Sequence record: DRR723986_5317
DNA: 64,000 bases
Strand: one strand, 5' to 3'
Made by a program: the position numbers and the translations under genes. Numbering within the stretch: position 1 is the first letter of the stretch; every line of letters begins with the position of its first letter. Positions 8,595-18,990 of this stretch are shown piece by piece. Below the pieces are notes generated by a model, which was given only the letters and a program-made list of their open reading frames with translations, did not search any database and had not been told where the DNA came from.

Positions 8595-10640
8595 TTAGCT
8601 AATTTTCAAACCATTACTAACGTCAATATCTGGATTTACAAATACTAAATTACCTGTGGCATCTTCAGTCATTAAAATCATACCCTGACTTTCTACTCCA
8701 CGCAATGCTCTTGGTGCCAAATTAACTAAAACGGAAACACGTTTACCTATAACTTCTTCTGGTTTAAAACTTTCAGCTATGCCCGAAACTATAGTTCTTG
8801 TGTCAATGCCAGTATCAACTTTTAAAACTAAAAGTTTTTTAGTTTTAGGCATCTTTTCTGCTTCTAATATGGTGCCAACTCTAATGTCTAGTTTTGTGAA
8901 ATCATCAAAGGTAATTTCTTCTTTTTGCGGCTCAACCTCTTTATTTGCGGCTTCATTAGCCTTTTTACTAGCTTCTAATTTGTCTAATTGACTTTGAATT
9001 ACCTTGTCTTCAATTTTTGAAAACAATAATTCACCTTTTCCAATATGATGTAAAGCTGGTAATAAAATCTTATCGCTACCTACATCGTTCCAACTATTAT
9101 CCTGTTTGTTTAAAATGCCTTTAAGTTTGCTTGAAGTAAAAGGTAAGAATGGTTCAGATAATACAGATAAGCCTGCGGCTATTTGTAAAGCTATGTACAT
9201 TACTGTTTTTGTTCTTACTTCATCTGTTTTTATTGTTTTCCAAGGTTCTTCATCCGCCAAGTATTTGTTACCTAACCTAGCTAAATTCATAAGTTCCTGG
9301 CTAGCTTCTCTAAAACGGTAGCGTTCAATTGAGCTTGAAATGACTGCAGGATAAGCTTTTAATGTATTTAAAGTATCCTTGTCAATATCTGAGTATTCTG
9401 ATGGTTTTGGAACAATGCCATCATAGTACTTATTGGTTAGTACAACAACACGATTTATAAAATTTCCAAAAATAGCTACTAATTCGTTGTTGTTTCTGGC
9501 CTGAAAATCTTTCCATGTAAAGTCATTGTCCTTAGTTTCGGGTGCATTGGCTGTTAAAGCATAACGCAAAACATCTTGTTGGTTAGGAAAATCTTCTAAG
9601 TACTCTGGTAACCAAACAGCCCAATTTTTTGAAGTGGATAATTTATTACCTTCTAAATTTAAAAACTCATTAGCAGGCACATTTTCGGGTAAAATATAAG
9701 AGCCTTCTGCTTTTAACATAGAAGGAAAAATGATACAGTGAAATACGATATTGTCTTTTCCAATAAAGTGAACAAGTTTAGTGTCTTTATCCTTCCAGTA
9801 GTCTTCCCAGTTCTTGCCTTCACGTTCTGCCCATTCTTTAGTTGCAGAGATATAACCTATTGGCGCATCAAACCAAACATATAGTACTTTACCTTCACCA
9901 CCTTCAACAGGTACAGGAATTCCCCAATCTAAATCTCGAGTGACTGCACGTGGTCTTAAGCCATCATCTATCCACGATTTAACTTGACCATACACATTTG
10001 GTTTCCAATCTTTTTTATGACCTTTAAGAATCCATTCTTTAAGAAAATCTTCGTGCTTGTTTAATGGCAAGAACCAATGTTTTGTTTCTTTTAGCGTTGG
10101 TTTATTCCCTGTAATTGCAGATTTAGGGTTTATTAAATCTGTTGCATTGTGGCTTGTACCGCAGTTTTCGCACTGATCTCCATAAGCTTCTTCGTAGCCA
10201 CATTTAGGGCAAGTACCAGTTACAAATCTATCCGCTAAGAATTGATTAGCTTCAGCATCATATAATTGTTCAGAAACTTCTTCCACAAATTCGTTTTTAT
10301 CATACAGTGTTTTAAAGAATTCAGAAGCTGTATCGTGATGAATTTTTGCTGAGGTTCTGGAGTAGTTGTCGAAAGAAATACCAAAATCTTGAAAAGATTT
10401 TTTGATTATTGCATGATATTTATCTACAATATCCTGTGGTGTTACACCTTCTTTTTTTGCCTTTATAGTAATTGGCACTCCATGCTCATCACTACCGCAA
10501 ATAAATGCAACGTCATTACCTGTTAATCTTAAGTATCTTGAATATATATCAGCAGGTACATAAACACCAGCTAAGTGGCCAATATGAATTGGTCCATTTG
10601 TATATGGTAATGCTGCTGTTATGGTATATCGTTTAGACAT
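8595..10640 (-). CDS. metG: Methionyl-tRNA synthetase (start corrected to MSKRY)
   Basis: HIGH, KLSTS, Zn-knuckle CPKC/CENC, C-terminal tRNA-binding domain; -7 box TACTTTTG at 10667-10660 lies inside the track's extension. Confidence 0.97.
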   Translation of the reverse strand: MSKRYTITAALPYTNGPIHIGHLAGVYVPADIYSRYLRLTGNDVAFICGSDEHGVPITIKAKKEGVTPQDIVDKYHAIIKKSFQDFGISFDNYSRTSAKIHHDTASEFFKTLYDKNEFVEEVSEQLYDAEANQFLADRFVTGTCPKCGYEEAYGDQCENCGTSHNATDLINPKSAITGNKPTLKETKHWFLPLNKHEDFLKEWILKGHKKDWKPNVYGQVKSWIDDGLRPRAVTRDLDWGIPVPVEGGEGKVLYVWFDAPIGYISATKEWAEREGKNWEDYWKDKDTKLVHFIGKDNIVFHCIIFPSMLKAEGSYILPENVPANEFLNLEGNKLSTSKNWAVWLPEYLEDFPNQQDVLRYALTANAPETKDNDFTWKDFQARNNNELVAIFGNFINRVVVLTNKYYDGIVPKPSEYSDIDKDTLNTLKAYPAVISSSIERYRFREASQELMNLARLGNKYLADEEPWKTIKTDEVRTKTVMYIALQIAAGLSVLSEPFLPFTSSKLKGILNKQDNSWNDVGSDKILLPALHHIGKGELLFSKIEDKVIQSQLDKLEASKKANEAANKEVEPQKEEITFDDFTKLDIRVGTILEAEKMPKTKKLLVLKVDTGIDTRTIVSGIAESFKPEEVIGKRVSVLVNLAPRALRGVESQGMILMTEDATGNLVFVNPDIDVSNGLKIS

Positions 10641-10721
10641 TTTTTGTGTTTTAAAGCCACAAAAGTACGCAATATATAAGGGATTTAGAAAAAAAATGTA
10701 CATTTACAAAAAGCAGTTTTC

Positions 10722-11747
10722 ATGACCTTAAAACCGTACTATATATTCGTATTTTTTAATGTAATCTTTGTGATTAATGTGACGCTTTTTGCACAGAAAA
10801 ATTCAAATAATTCTACTGAAATGACAACTGAATTAATTAGACCTCCATACCTAAAAGCAGGTGATACTGTTGCGATAGTTGCACCATCGGGAATATTAAA
10901 AAACCGAGAACGAGAAATTAAGCAAGCAGACAGTCTTTTGAAAAGCTGGAATTTAAATGTGCTTATTGGTGAGCATGTATTTAGTAAAGCAAATCATTTT
11001 GCAGGAACTGATGATGAACGCTGTGAAGATTTGCAGAATGCAATGGATAACCCTAAAATTAGTGCTATATGGTGTGCCAGAGGTGGCTACGGAACCGTAA
11101 GAATTTTAAATAAATTAGATTACACAAAATTTAAAGAAAATCCTAAATGGATTATTGGATATAGCGATATTACCGCTTTGCATAACCAAGTGCATAATCA
11201 GGGATTTGAATCCATACATGCATTAATGTGTGTGAGTCTTACAAAAGATTTAAGTGAGATTAAACCTAGTATAGATACGTTTAAGTCTGCCATATTTGGG
11301 AATCCAAAAAACTATGAATTAGAGGGTTCAAAATATAATAAAGTAAGTGAGGCGACAGGACAATTGGTAGGAGGGAATTTAACGATGCTACACACTATGC
11401 TTGGTTCTGATGAAAGTATTGACACTTCTGGTAAAATATTATTTATTGAAGAAATAGGGGAATATAAATATCATATAGACCGAATGCTACAAAGTATGAA
11501 ACGTGCTGGTTATTTTGATAATTGCGCTGGCTTGATAGTAGGTGATATGTCTAAACTAAGAAAAAACACTACACTTTGGGGAACTTCCATAGAGCAATTA
11601 ATTCTCGATGCCTTATCAGAATACAATTTCCCGATTGCTTTTAATTTGCCTGCAGGCCATGAGAAAGATAATAGAGCGCTCCTTTTAGGTAGAGAAATTA
11701 ATTTAAAGATTTCTAAAACTAAAACTTCACTTATTTTCACTGAATAA
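10722..11747 (+). CDS. ldcA: LD-carboxypeptidase, peptidase S66
   Basis: ARGGYG, GYSDIT, GGNL, AGH motifs. Confidence 0.9.
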   Translation: MTLKPYYIFVFFNVIFVINVTLFAQKNSNNSTEMTTELIRPPYLKAGDTVAIVAPSGILKNREREIKQADSLLKSWNLNVLIGEHVFSKANHFAGTDDERCEDLQNAMDNPKISAIWCARGGYGTVRILNKLDYTKFKENPKWIIGYSDITALHNQVHNQGFESIHALMCVSLTKDLSEIKPSIDTFKSAIFGNPKNYELEGSKYNKVSEATGQLVGGNLTMLHTMLGSDESIDTSGKILFIEEIGEYKYHIDRMLQSMKRAGYFDNCAGLIVGDMSKLRKNTTLWGTSIEQLILDALSEYNFPIAFNLPAGHEKDNRALLLGREINLKISKTKTSLIFTE

Positions 11748-11759
11748 CAACAATTTTTA

Positions 11760-12119
11760 ATGGCGCAGCATAACGAACTCGGAAAGAAAGGAGAGCAACT
11801 GGCAGTAGACTTTTTATTAAAAGAGAATTATAAAATCATAGAACGCAACTATAGATTTGATAAAGCAGAAGTAGATATTATTGCCAGAAAAGATGATATT
11901 TTGGCTATCATAGAAGTGAAAACACGATCAACCAAGGATTTTGGAGATCCACAAGATTTTGTAAAACCAAAGCAGATAAAAAATTTAGTAAAAGCTGTAA
12001 ATGAGTACGTGATTGAAAACAATCTTGAATCAGAAGTTAGATTTGATATAATTGCAGTAGTTAAAGAAAAGAAAGGCTTTAGTATAGAGCATTTAGAAAA
12101 TGCTTTTTACCATTTCTAA
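11760..12119 (+). CDS. yraN: YraN family endonuclease-like protein
   Basis: G..GE..A, EVDIIA, IEVKTR, RFDII. Confidence 0.92.
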   Translation: MAQHNELGKKGEQLAVDFLLKENYKIIERNYRFDKAEVDIIARKDDILAIIEVKTRSTKDFGDPQDFVKPKQIKNLVKAVNEYVIENNLESEVRFDIIAVVKEKKGFSIEHLENAFYHF

Positions 12120-12454
12120 ATATATAGATTAGTTACAATAATTAGTAAACTATAGAATAACACATTTACTATACGGTCTTGAGTTTTTAGTGCCATGAAT
12201 CTTTTAAATTCTCTCTTAATAACACCATAAGATAAAATTGAACTTGTAGAAACCACGCCTAAGGCAATAAACCAATAAAGAGATTGTGGATAAGGTAAAG
12301 TGGCGTTTGTAATTAAAAATAACACGATTAACGAACAAGTAATTAATACACGTTTTTCACTTTTTGAGTCCAAATTATTTCTCAAGACGATCGTTCTTGT
12401 TTTCGAAACGATTAGAGCAATAATTGCGGTCAAAAAAACTATAGTGAATGTCAT
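12116..12454 (-). CDS. Hypothetical membrane protein
   Basis: 112 aa with about 4 hydrophobic segments. Confidence 0.7.
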   Translation of the reverse strand: MTFTIVFLTAIIALIVSKTRTIVLRNNLDSKSEKRVLITCSLIVLFLITNATLPYPQSLYWFIALGVVSTSSILSYGVIKREFKRFMALKTQDRIVNVLFYSLLIIVTNLYI

Positions 12455-12517
12455 TTTTTAAAATTTCATTAAAATTAATAATTCTAATTTTAATAAGATA
12501 GAATTTTTACCTTAAAA

Positions 12518-13096
12518 TTATTTATAAAAATTCATCTCATCTAAATACTCCCAAACATTTTCTGGTAACATGGGTCTTATATTCTTACCAGCTTTTATTT
12601 CTTGTCTTATAAACGTTGAAGACAATTCCATTATTGGGGCAGAAATGTTAAAAACTTTAGGGTGATCCTTAAACTGACTATCAGTTTTATCCTTTGTCAA
12701 TCTTGGATACACATAAATATAGTGATTTTCTAGGATTAATTCATAATTTTTCCACTTATGGAAACTTTTTAAATTATCCTCTCCCATGATTAAAGCAAAC
12801 TCATGCTCTGGGAATTTCTCGTGTAAGTATGTTAACGTGTCTATTGTGTAATTAGGTTGATTTAAACCAAACTCTATGTCGCTTGGTCTTAATTTAGAAT
12901 AATCTTTAGTTGCTCTATAGACCATTTCTAATCTTTGATGGTTATCTAGCAAACTACTTTTCTTTTTAAAAGGACTTTGAGGAGTCACCACAAACCAAAC
13001 CTGGTCTAAATCACTATGTTCTGCTAAGTGATTTGCAATGGTTAGATGACCTACATGAATAGGATTAAAAGTGCCAAAATACAATCCAATCTTCAT
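12518..13096 (-). CDS. nadD: Nicotinate-nucleotide adenylyltransferase
   Basis: GTFNPIHVGH, MGEDN, SSTFIR. Confidence 0.95.
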   Translation of the reverse strand: MKIGLYFGTFNPIHVGHLTIANHLAEHSDLDQVWFVVTPQSPFKKKSSLLDNHQRLEMVYRATKDYSKLRPSDIEFGLNQPNYTIDTLTYLHEKFPEHEFALIMGEDNLKSFHKWKNYELILENHYIYVYPRLTKDKTDSQFKDHPKVFNISAPIMELSSTFIRQEIKAGKNIRPMLPENVWEYLDEMNFYK

Positions 13097-13098
13097 AA

Positions 13099-13683
13099 CT
13101 ATTTATTTAAAAAATCAGATACCAACTTATAAGCATTTTGCAATGCTTCGTCTAAATTAGAATTAACAACAATGGTGTCAAACAAAGGTGCAGTAGCTAG
13201 TTCTGCAGGTGCTTTTGCAACGCGCATACTTATTTTTTCTTCGCTTTCTTCTCCACGGTCTTTTAAACGTCTTACTAATTCGTTCAAATCTGGCGGTTTT
13301 ACAAAAACGGCTAATGTTTGCTCTGGAAACTTTCGCTTTATACGAAGACCTCCTGACACATCAATATCAAAAATGACATGCTTTCCTTTTGCCCAAATAC
13401 GCTCAACTTCTTCTTTTAATGTTCCATAGAAATTATCTCTATAAACTTCTTCCCATTCTAAGAATTCATCGTTTTTGATTTTATTTTTAAATTCTTTTAG
13501 AGATAGGTAGTAATAATCTTTACCATGTTCTTCCACTCCACGTTTTTCTCTTGAAGTCGCAGAAATTGAAAACTCTAAATTCAATTCTGGTTGCTTTAAT
13601 AGATGACGCACTATAGTTGTCTTTCCAGAACCAGAAGGTGCTGAAAACACAATAAGTTTACCTTGATTTTTCTTTTCTTTCAC
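13099..13683 (-). CDS. gmk: Guanylate kinase
   Basis: SAPSGSGKTT, SATSR, YGT. Confidence 0.96.
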   Translation of the reverse strand: MKEKKNQGKLIVFSAPSGSGKTTIVRHLLKQPELNLEFSISATSREKRGVEEHGKDYYYLSLKEFKNKIKNDEFLEWEEVYRDNFYGTLKEEVERIWAKGKHVIFDIDVSGGLRIKRKFPEQTLAVFVKPPDLNELVRRLKDRGEESEEKISMRVAKAPAELATAPLFDTIVVNSNLDEALQNAYKLVSDFLNK

Positions 13684-13695
13684 TGTAATCTTGAA

Positions 13696-14553
13696 TTAGA
13701 GCACGTTCAATAACTGTTCTTTAATTTTCTCAAGTTCATCTTTCATTTGCACCACAAGTTTTTGCATTGGTGCATAATTAGACTTTGATCCTATGGTATT
13801 AATTTCTCTTCCAATTTCCTGAGTAATAAAACCTAATTTTTTTCCATTTGAATCGTCAGAGTTTAGTGCCTTCATAAAATAATCTAAGTGATTATCTAAC
13901 CTAACTTTTTCTTCTGTGATATCAAATTTTTCAATGTAATAAACAAGTTCTTGTTCAAAACGGTTTTCATCAACCTTTTCTTTAATGTCAGCAATCCCTC
14001 TTTCTAACCTAGCTCTAACACCATCTATACGATCAGGATCCATAGTAATTACTTCTTGCAATAGCCGCTTTAATGTAGCCACTCTATCTTTAAAATCTTG
14101 TTTAAGAATAGCGCCTTCATCTTTTCTGTAGGCAACTATTTTGCTTATCGCTTCGTTTATACCATTTGCAATTATAGACCATTCTTCTTCATCTATATCA
14201 TTGCGCTCTGTAGTAACAGCATCTGGCAATCTAACAGCCATTTTTAGAAGCTCTGTAGTATCACCATCTACAACCTCTTTAAGTTGTTTGATATACTCAT
14301 TAACAACCGTTTTATTTATTTTAGAGCTCGTGTCTTCTCCAGTAATTTCTACATAAAGAGAAAAATCTACTTTTCCTCTCACTAAATTTTTAGCAATTAG
14401 TTTTCTTATTTCTAGTTCTTTTGCACGATACATTGACGGCATACGCGCGTTGAGATCTAGACTTTTACTGTTAAGTGATTTTAATTCTATGGATATTTTC
14501 TTTGTTGGGAGCTGTAAAACAGATTTCCCATAACCTGTCATGGATTGTATCAT
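13696..14553 (-). CDS. yicC: YicC/YloC family endoribonuclease (start corrected to MIQSMTGYG)
   Basis: SMTGYG, GKKLGF..QE..REINTIGSK; -7 box TACCTTTG at 14585-14578. Confidence 0.93.
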   Translation of the reverse strand: MIQSMTGYGKSVLQLPTKKISIELKSLNSKSLDLNARMPSMYRAKELEIRKLIAKNLVRGKVDFSLYVEITGEDTSSKINKTVVNEYIKQLKEVVDGDTTELLKMAVRLPDAVTTERNDIDEEEWSIIANGINEAISKIVAYRKDEGAILKQDFKDRVATLKRLLQEVITMDPDRIDGVRARLERGIADIKEKVDENRFEQELVYYIEKFDITEEKVRLDNHLDYFMKALNSDDSNGKKLGFITQEIGREINTIGSKSNYAPMQKLVVQMKDELEKIKEQLLNVL

Positions 14554-14624
14554 TAAAACGCTTTGATTAAAGTTGGGCAAAGGTACGAAAATGAATGGTT
14601 ATTTAGGGTCTTTAAAATGTTTAC

Positions 14625-14662
14625 AAAGTATGTGCGCTAGACAACATACTTTTTTAACTTTG
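14625..14662 (+). promoter_or_regulatory. Inverted repeat (candidate operator) followed by -7 box of thioesterase gene
   Basis: AAAGTATGT-N10-ACATACTTT at 14625-14652; TAACTTTG at 14655-14662. Confidence 0.45.
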
Positions 14663-14686
14663 CTTCTCTTTTTTTAAAATGAAATT

Positions 14687-15166
14687 ATGTATAAAAAACA
14701 GTTTGAAATTCGTTGGAGTGATGTAGATGGAAATGGGCATTTAGCCAATTCTGCGTACACTAATTTTATGAGTCATGCGCGTATGTCTTTCTTCAATGAA
14801 CAAGGTTTTTCTATGGCAGAAATACAAAAATATAATGTCGGACCTGTTGTGTTTTATGAGCATATGTATTATTTTAAAGAATCATTTATTGGTGCACCAA
14901 TTACTGTAACTATAGAGGTTTCTGGGCTTAGTGATGATGGCATGTTATTTATGTTTGAGCATAATTTCTACAATCATAAAGGTGATAATTTAGCCTATTG
15001 CGAAATGCAAGGTGCCTGGATAGATTTACAAGCACGTAAGCTTACTCAACTACCTAATGAATTGCTGGAATTGGTAGTAAAATTCCCAAAATCTGAGAGC
15101 TTTAAAGTTTTGACTAAAGAAGATACTCGTAAGCATGGTATTAGACCAAAACCAATGAAGATATAG
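14687..15166 (+). CDS. Acyl-CoA thioesterase (4HBT/YbgC hotdog fold)
   Basis: RWSDVDGNGHLANSAY motif. Confidence 0.9.
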   Translation: MYKKQFEIRWSDVDGNGHLANSAYTNFMSHARMSFFNEQGFSMAEIQKYNVGPVVFYEHMYYFKESFIGAPITVTIEVSGLSDDGMLFMFEHNFYNHKGDNLAYCEMQGAWIDLQARKLTQLPNELLELVVKFPKSESFKVLTKEDTRKHGIRPKPMKI

Positions 15167-15168
15167 GT

Positions 15169-16302
15169 TTATTTGAAGGGTTTGTGCTGACGGTAAGACT
15201 TAATTTTTACGTTTTTTATAAACGGCTTTAAAATCTGATTTGGTATATATCGCTTGTGCTTACAATAGCAAGTCAATGCTTTTGGCTGAGCTCCTAAAGT
15301 ACTCTTAATTTCAGACGCGGTTCTACCTAAGTTTATCTGGTCTGATTTTGTTTCTATACCAAGACGAACATAGTCATTTAGAATTCTTGGATAAATAGCA
15401 TATTCTTTATTGTTAGAATAATCTATACCAATAAAATGAGCGTCAAGATGAGTCTCATTTTGCATTGCCGAAAGGAAACCTACGAGTTGATCATTTAAAA
15501 AGTAGCCCTTCACAATAAATTTTTCAGGAAATAAATTTTTCAGATGTATATATGTATCTAAATTTAAAATCTGTGCGTTAAAATCAGCATTATCAATTGT
15601 GTTTTGATATAACTCTTGTAATGCTAATTTATGATCCTTGATATCGTCTTCTGAGAAAAGTTTTGCTACTAAAGATTCGCTCTTAGAGTCTGCTTTATTT
15701 GCTTTTACTCTATATCTAGATCTTAAAGCATTTTTAAAGTCGTTAAAGGAGTGCCATTCTGGTTTAAGACTAATAATCATATTTGGTTCTACGTGCATTG
15801 AGGCATAATCAAATGATTTTAAGTGTTCGGTAATATGTACAGACTCGTTTTCAAAATCTTTAATAAAAATGGTGTTCAGTTTTCTTGTAGCTTTAGATAA
15901 CTTCTTAACTCCGCTTGCAATGGCCTTAAAGGTGACTGTTTTCTCTTCTCCATTTTTTAAGAAAGTGCCATATTCACCACTTAAAAAAACATTACCGCAA
16001 AACAAAACACGTATTTGATTGTTGCAGAACAAATTATTTACATAACGTCTAATATTATCAGACATTTTTATATTCTTAGTAATGGTTTCAATGCCAATGG
16101 TAACAATTTGTGTATTTGCAAAGGCAACTGCTTCCTTATTTTTTAATATAAAGATGTAATTGAATTCTATATCTGTATTTGAAATTTCAAAAGCTTTTAA
16201 AAACTCTGGAGAATAATAAATGTTGGTACAACAATTTACACTGTCCCAATAGGATTGTGGAATATCATCAATACGTTTAAATATTTTAGACTTTAGTTTC
16301 AA
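15169..16302 (-). CDS. GNAT/FemAB-like acyltransferase
   Basis: F.D...AL.SRYR, HFIGIDY, LGRTA.E.K..LGA pattern of double-GNAT proteins; TTG start. Confidence 0.7.
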   Translation of the reverse strand: MKLKSKIFKRIDDIPQSYWDSVNCCTNIYYSPEFLKAFEISNTDIEFNYIFILKNKEAVAFANTQIVTIGIETITKNIKMSDNIRRYVNNLFCNNQIRVLFCGNVFLSGEYGTFLKNGEEKTVTFKAIASGVKKLSKATRKLNTIFIKDFENESVHITEHLKSFDYASMHVEPNMIISLKPEWHSFNDFKNALRSRYRVKANKADSKSESLVAKLFSEDDIKDHKLALQELYQNTIDNADFNAQILNLDTYIHLKNLFPEKFIVKGYFLNDQLVGFLSAMQNETHLDAHFIGIDYSNNKEYAIYPRILNDYVRLGIETKSDQINLGRTASEIKSTLGAQPKALTCYCKHKRYIPNQILKPFIKNVKIKSYRQHKPFK

Positions 16303-16303
16303 A

Positions 16304-17197
16304 CTAATGGCTCACTTTAGGTTTTTTAATTACCAGATAGACACCTACAAAAATCAGTAACATAGCTGAAATTTTTAAAGGATCAATAAAATCTGCACCT
16401 ATATAAAGGGCAAACAGTCCTGCAATTACTGGTTGAAGGTAAATAAATATCCCAACAGTAGAAGCTTTTAGTTTATTTAGAGCTAGTGGGTTTAATAAAT
16501 AAGTACCAAAAGTTGCACCTATAATCACAAACAAAACAGAAAAGGTAATGTAAGGTGTAAAAGATTGCCATTGAACTACATTAAGTTCATTATAACCAAA
16601 AGGAATTAAAATTATCAACCCAAATAAAAACAACCATTTTATAAATGAAAATGGATGATATTTGGAGGTTAATTTTTTAATTAGGATGACATAAATACTA
16701 TACGAAATTGCATTTAGAAAAATTAATAAATTGCCTAAAGGCACATTGTCACCTGCTCGAGCGGATTTACCATAAATAGTAAGAATTAAAGCACCTGCAA
16801 GTCCTAAGGTTACTCCAATTATTTTTAATGTCGTAACTTTTTCTTTAAGGATATAGGCAGAGAGAATTAGTATTATTATTGGTGTAATCGTCATAATAGC
16901 AGATGCATGTATAGGCGAGGTAAATTCTAATCCTTTAAAAAAGAAGAGCATATTAATAACTACACCAAATAATGCCGCTACAAAAAGCTTGATAAAATCT
17001 CTCTTTTCAATCTTCTGTTGAGGAACAATTAAACTTACAATCCAAAACAAGAGTGTGGCACCTGCAACTCTTAACAATACAAACCCAAAAGGCTTTATAT
17101 AGTTTTCATTCATTACCACCTTTGCAATGGTATAGTTAAGACCATATAGTAATTGCACCATAAATAATGCAAATATTGCAAAGCGTCTACTCTCCAT
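16304..17197 (-). CDS. EamA/DMT family transporter
   Basis: About 10 TM segments, two EamA repeats, YLQPV. Confidence 0.92.
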   Translation of the reverse strand: MESRRFAIFALFMVQLLYGLNYTIAKVVMNENYIKPFGFVLLRVAGATLLFWIVSLIVPQQKIEKRDFIKLFVAALFGVVINMLFFFKGLEFTSPIHASAIMTITPIIILILSAYILKEKVTTLKIIGVTLGLAGALILTIYGKSARAGDNVPLGNLLIFLNAISYSIYVILIKKLTSKYHPFSFIKWLFLFGLIILIPFGYNELNVVQWQSFTPYITFSVLFVIIGATFGTYLLNPLALNKLKASTVGIFIYLQPVIAGLFALYIGADFIDPLKISAMLLIFVGVYLVIKKPKVSH

Positions 17198-17543
17198 GTA
17201 TAGCTTGTTTTGCAGCGGCTACAGTTTTTTTAGAATTACCAATGAAGATTTGATCATTGTAAATAATAACTGGACGTTTTAAAAACGTATAATGTTCTAT
17301 AATGTAATTCTTAAAATCATCTTCAGTAAGAGATTTTTCTTTTAAACCTAATTCTTTATATAATCTGGCTCGTTTACTAAAAAGACTTTCATAACTACCA
17401 GATAATGATTTCATAGCTTCAATCTGTGTTTTAGTAATAGCGTTTGTTTTAATATCTTGAAGTTCAAAACTGTCAGGTAAATTCAATTCAGCCATAATAC
17501 GTGTACAAGTATTACAAGTGCTTAAAAAGTACATTTTATTCAT
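17187..17543 (-). CDS. ArsC/Spx-family thioredoxin-fold protein
   Basis: CNTC motif, FLKRPV. Confidence 0.9.
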   Translation of the reverse strand: MNKMYFLSTCNTCTRIMAELNLPDSFELQDIKTNAITKTQIEAMKSLSGSYESLFSKRARLYKELGLKEKSLTEDDFKNYIIEHYTFLKRPVIIYNDQIFIGNSKKTVAAAKQAIHGE

Positions 17544-17626
17544 ATCTGAAGTCTATATATTTTTGAGATTGCAAATTAACCTTATTTAAGGGTAATTTTA
17601 GTTACATTTAAGAAAATTATAATTAA

Positions 17627-17738
17627 ATGGATTGTACCTGATAAAGGGTTTAAATAAAGGCAAATTGCCTTAGAGTTTAATAATTATCAAGTTGATATAA
17701 ATTAGATGTATATTTTTTCATCAAGAAACATGTTTTAA
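17627..17738 (+). pseudogene. Probable degraded remnant of a DinB/YfiT-superfamily (DinB_2) gene
   Basis: 17667-17738 reads ALEFNNYQVDIN*MYIFSSRNMF*, colinear with my recalled family C-terminus (A.EFNN.HEG.H.GYI..LRK); orphan ATG GAT TGT ACC at 17627. Confidence 0.45.
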
Positions 17739-17742
17739 AGAA

Positions 17743-18990
17743 ATGGAATACTATTCAATTGCAACAATTTTAATTGTGCTATCTGCCATATTTGGGTATA
17801 TAAATGTAAAATTTTTAAAATTACCAATTACCATTGGTTTAATGTTAATTACTATTGTTTTTACTGCAATTGTAGTAGTGCTTGCTCAGTTTGATGATAC
17901 ACTTTTAGTAAGAGAAAAAGAATTTATATCTAGCATAGATTTTGAAACTGTTCTACTAGACATAATGCTTAGTTTTTTACTCTTTGCTGGTGCATTGCAT
18001 ACAAATTTTAATCAATTGAAAGTACAACGTTGGCCTATATTAGCCTTTGCAACGTTCGGTGTTATGGTGTCCACTTTTTTGGTTGGTACAATAATGTTTT
18101 ATGTATTACAAGTATTTGGGTTAAATATTAGTTTTATTAATTGCTTGTTGTTTGGAGCTTTAATTTCACCAACCGATCCAATCGCTGTTTTAGGAATATT
18201 GAAAGATGCAGGAGCACCTAAAAAACTTGAAACAAAAATCGTAGGTGAATCATTATTCAATGATGGAGTTGGTGTTGTAGTGTTCTTAACAATTTTTGCC
18301 ATTGCGACTAAACCAAATGCCGTTATTGAATTCTCTGATATTGCAACTCTATTTGGGCAAGAGGTTATAGGAGGAATTGGATTAGGATTAGTTTTAGGAT
18401 GGGTTACATACCGATTAATGAAATCTATAGATAATTATGATGTTGAAGTTATCCTAACAATCGCAACAGTTATGGGTGGTACTATGCTAGCTCATAAGTT
18501 TCATCTTTCAGCTCCCTTAGCCATGGTAACCGCTGGTTTAATTGTTGGCAATGACACTGTAAGAGACTCTGCAATGTCTGAAACGACCGAAGCTTACGTG
18601 GATAAATTTTGGGAGTTAATTGATGTGCTTCTTAATACTGTGCTCTTCGTAATGATTGGCATGGAAATGCTTGTTTTAACCTTAGAAGGAGATTATATAT
18701 ATGCAGGGTTACTTGCAATCCCAATTGTGTTATTATGTAGGTATGTATCTTTATGGTTGCCAATTAAGATTTTTGCAAAACGCCTAGATTTTGTTCCAAA
18801 AACTACTTTAATAATGACTTGGGGAGGATTACGCGGAGGAATTTCTATTGCCTTAGCTTTAAGTTTAACCCAAGACATGCATAGAGAGTTGTTTTTGGTT
18901 ATTACATATGTTGTGGTCGTAGTGTCAATTGTAGGTCAAGGACTAACGGTTGAGCCTATAATTAAAAAGTTAACTAAAGAAGTTAGTTAG
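17743..18990 (+). CDS. CPA1 family Na+/H+ antiporter (NhaP-like)
   Basis: SPTDPIAV, GESLFNDG, WGGLRG. Confidence 0.93.
   Translation: MEYYSIATILIVLSAIFGYINVKFLKLPITIGLMLITIVFTAIVVVLAQFDDTLLVREKEFISSIDFETVLLDIMLSFLLFAGALHTNFNQLKVQRWPILAFATFGVMVSTFLVGTIMFYVLQVFGLNISFINCLLFGALISPTDPIAVLGILKDAGAPKKLETKIVGESLFNDGVGVVVFLTIFAIATKPNAVIEFSDIATLFGQEVIGGIGLGLVLGWVTYRLMKSIDNYDVEVILTIATVMGGTMLAHKFHLSAPLAMVTAGLIVGNDTVRDSAMSETTEAYVDKFWELIDVLLNTVLFVMIGMEMLVLTLEGDYIYAGLLAIPIVLLCRYVSLWLPIKIFAKRLDFVPKTTLIMTWGGLRGGISIALALSLTQDMHRELFLVITYVVVVVSIVGQGLTVEPIIKKLTKEVS

Noticed and set aside
17657-17697. Two palindromes AAGGCAA-a-TTGCCTT and TATCAA-g-TTGATA as operators
   Set aside because: They overlap the probable gene remnant and have no supporting promoter context; may be chance
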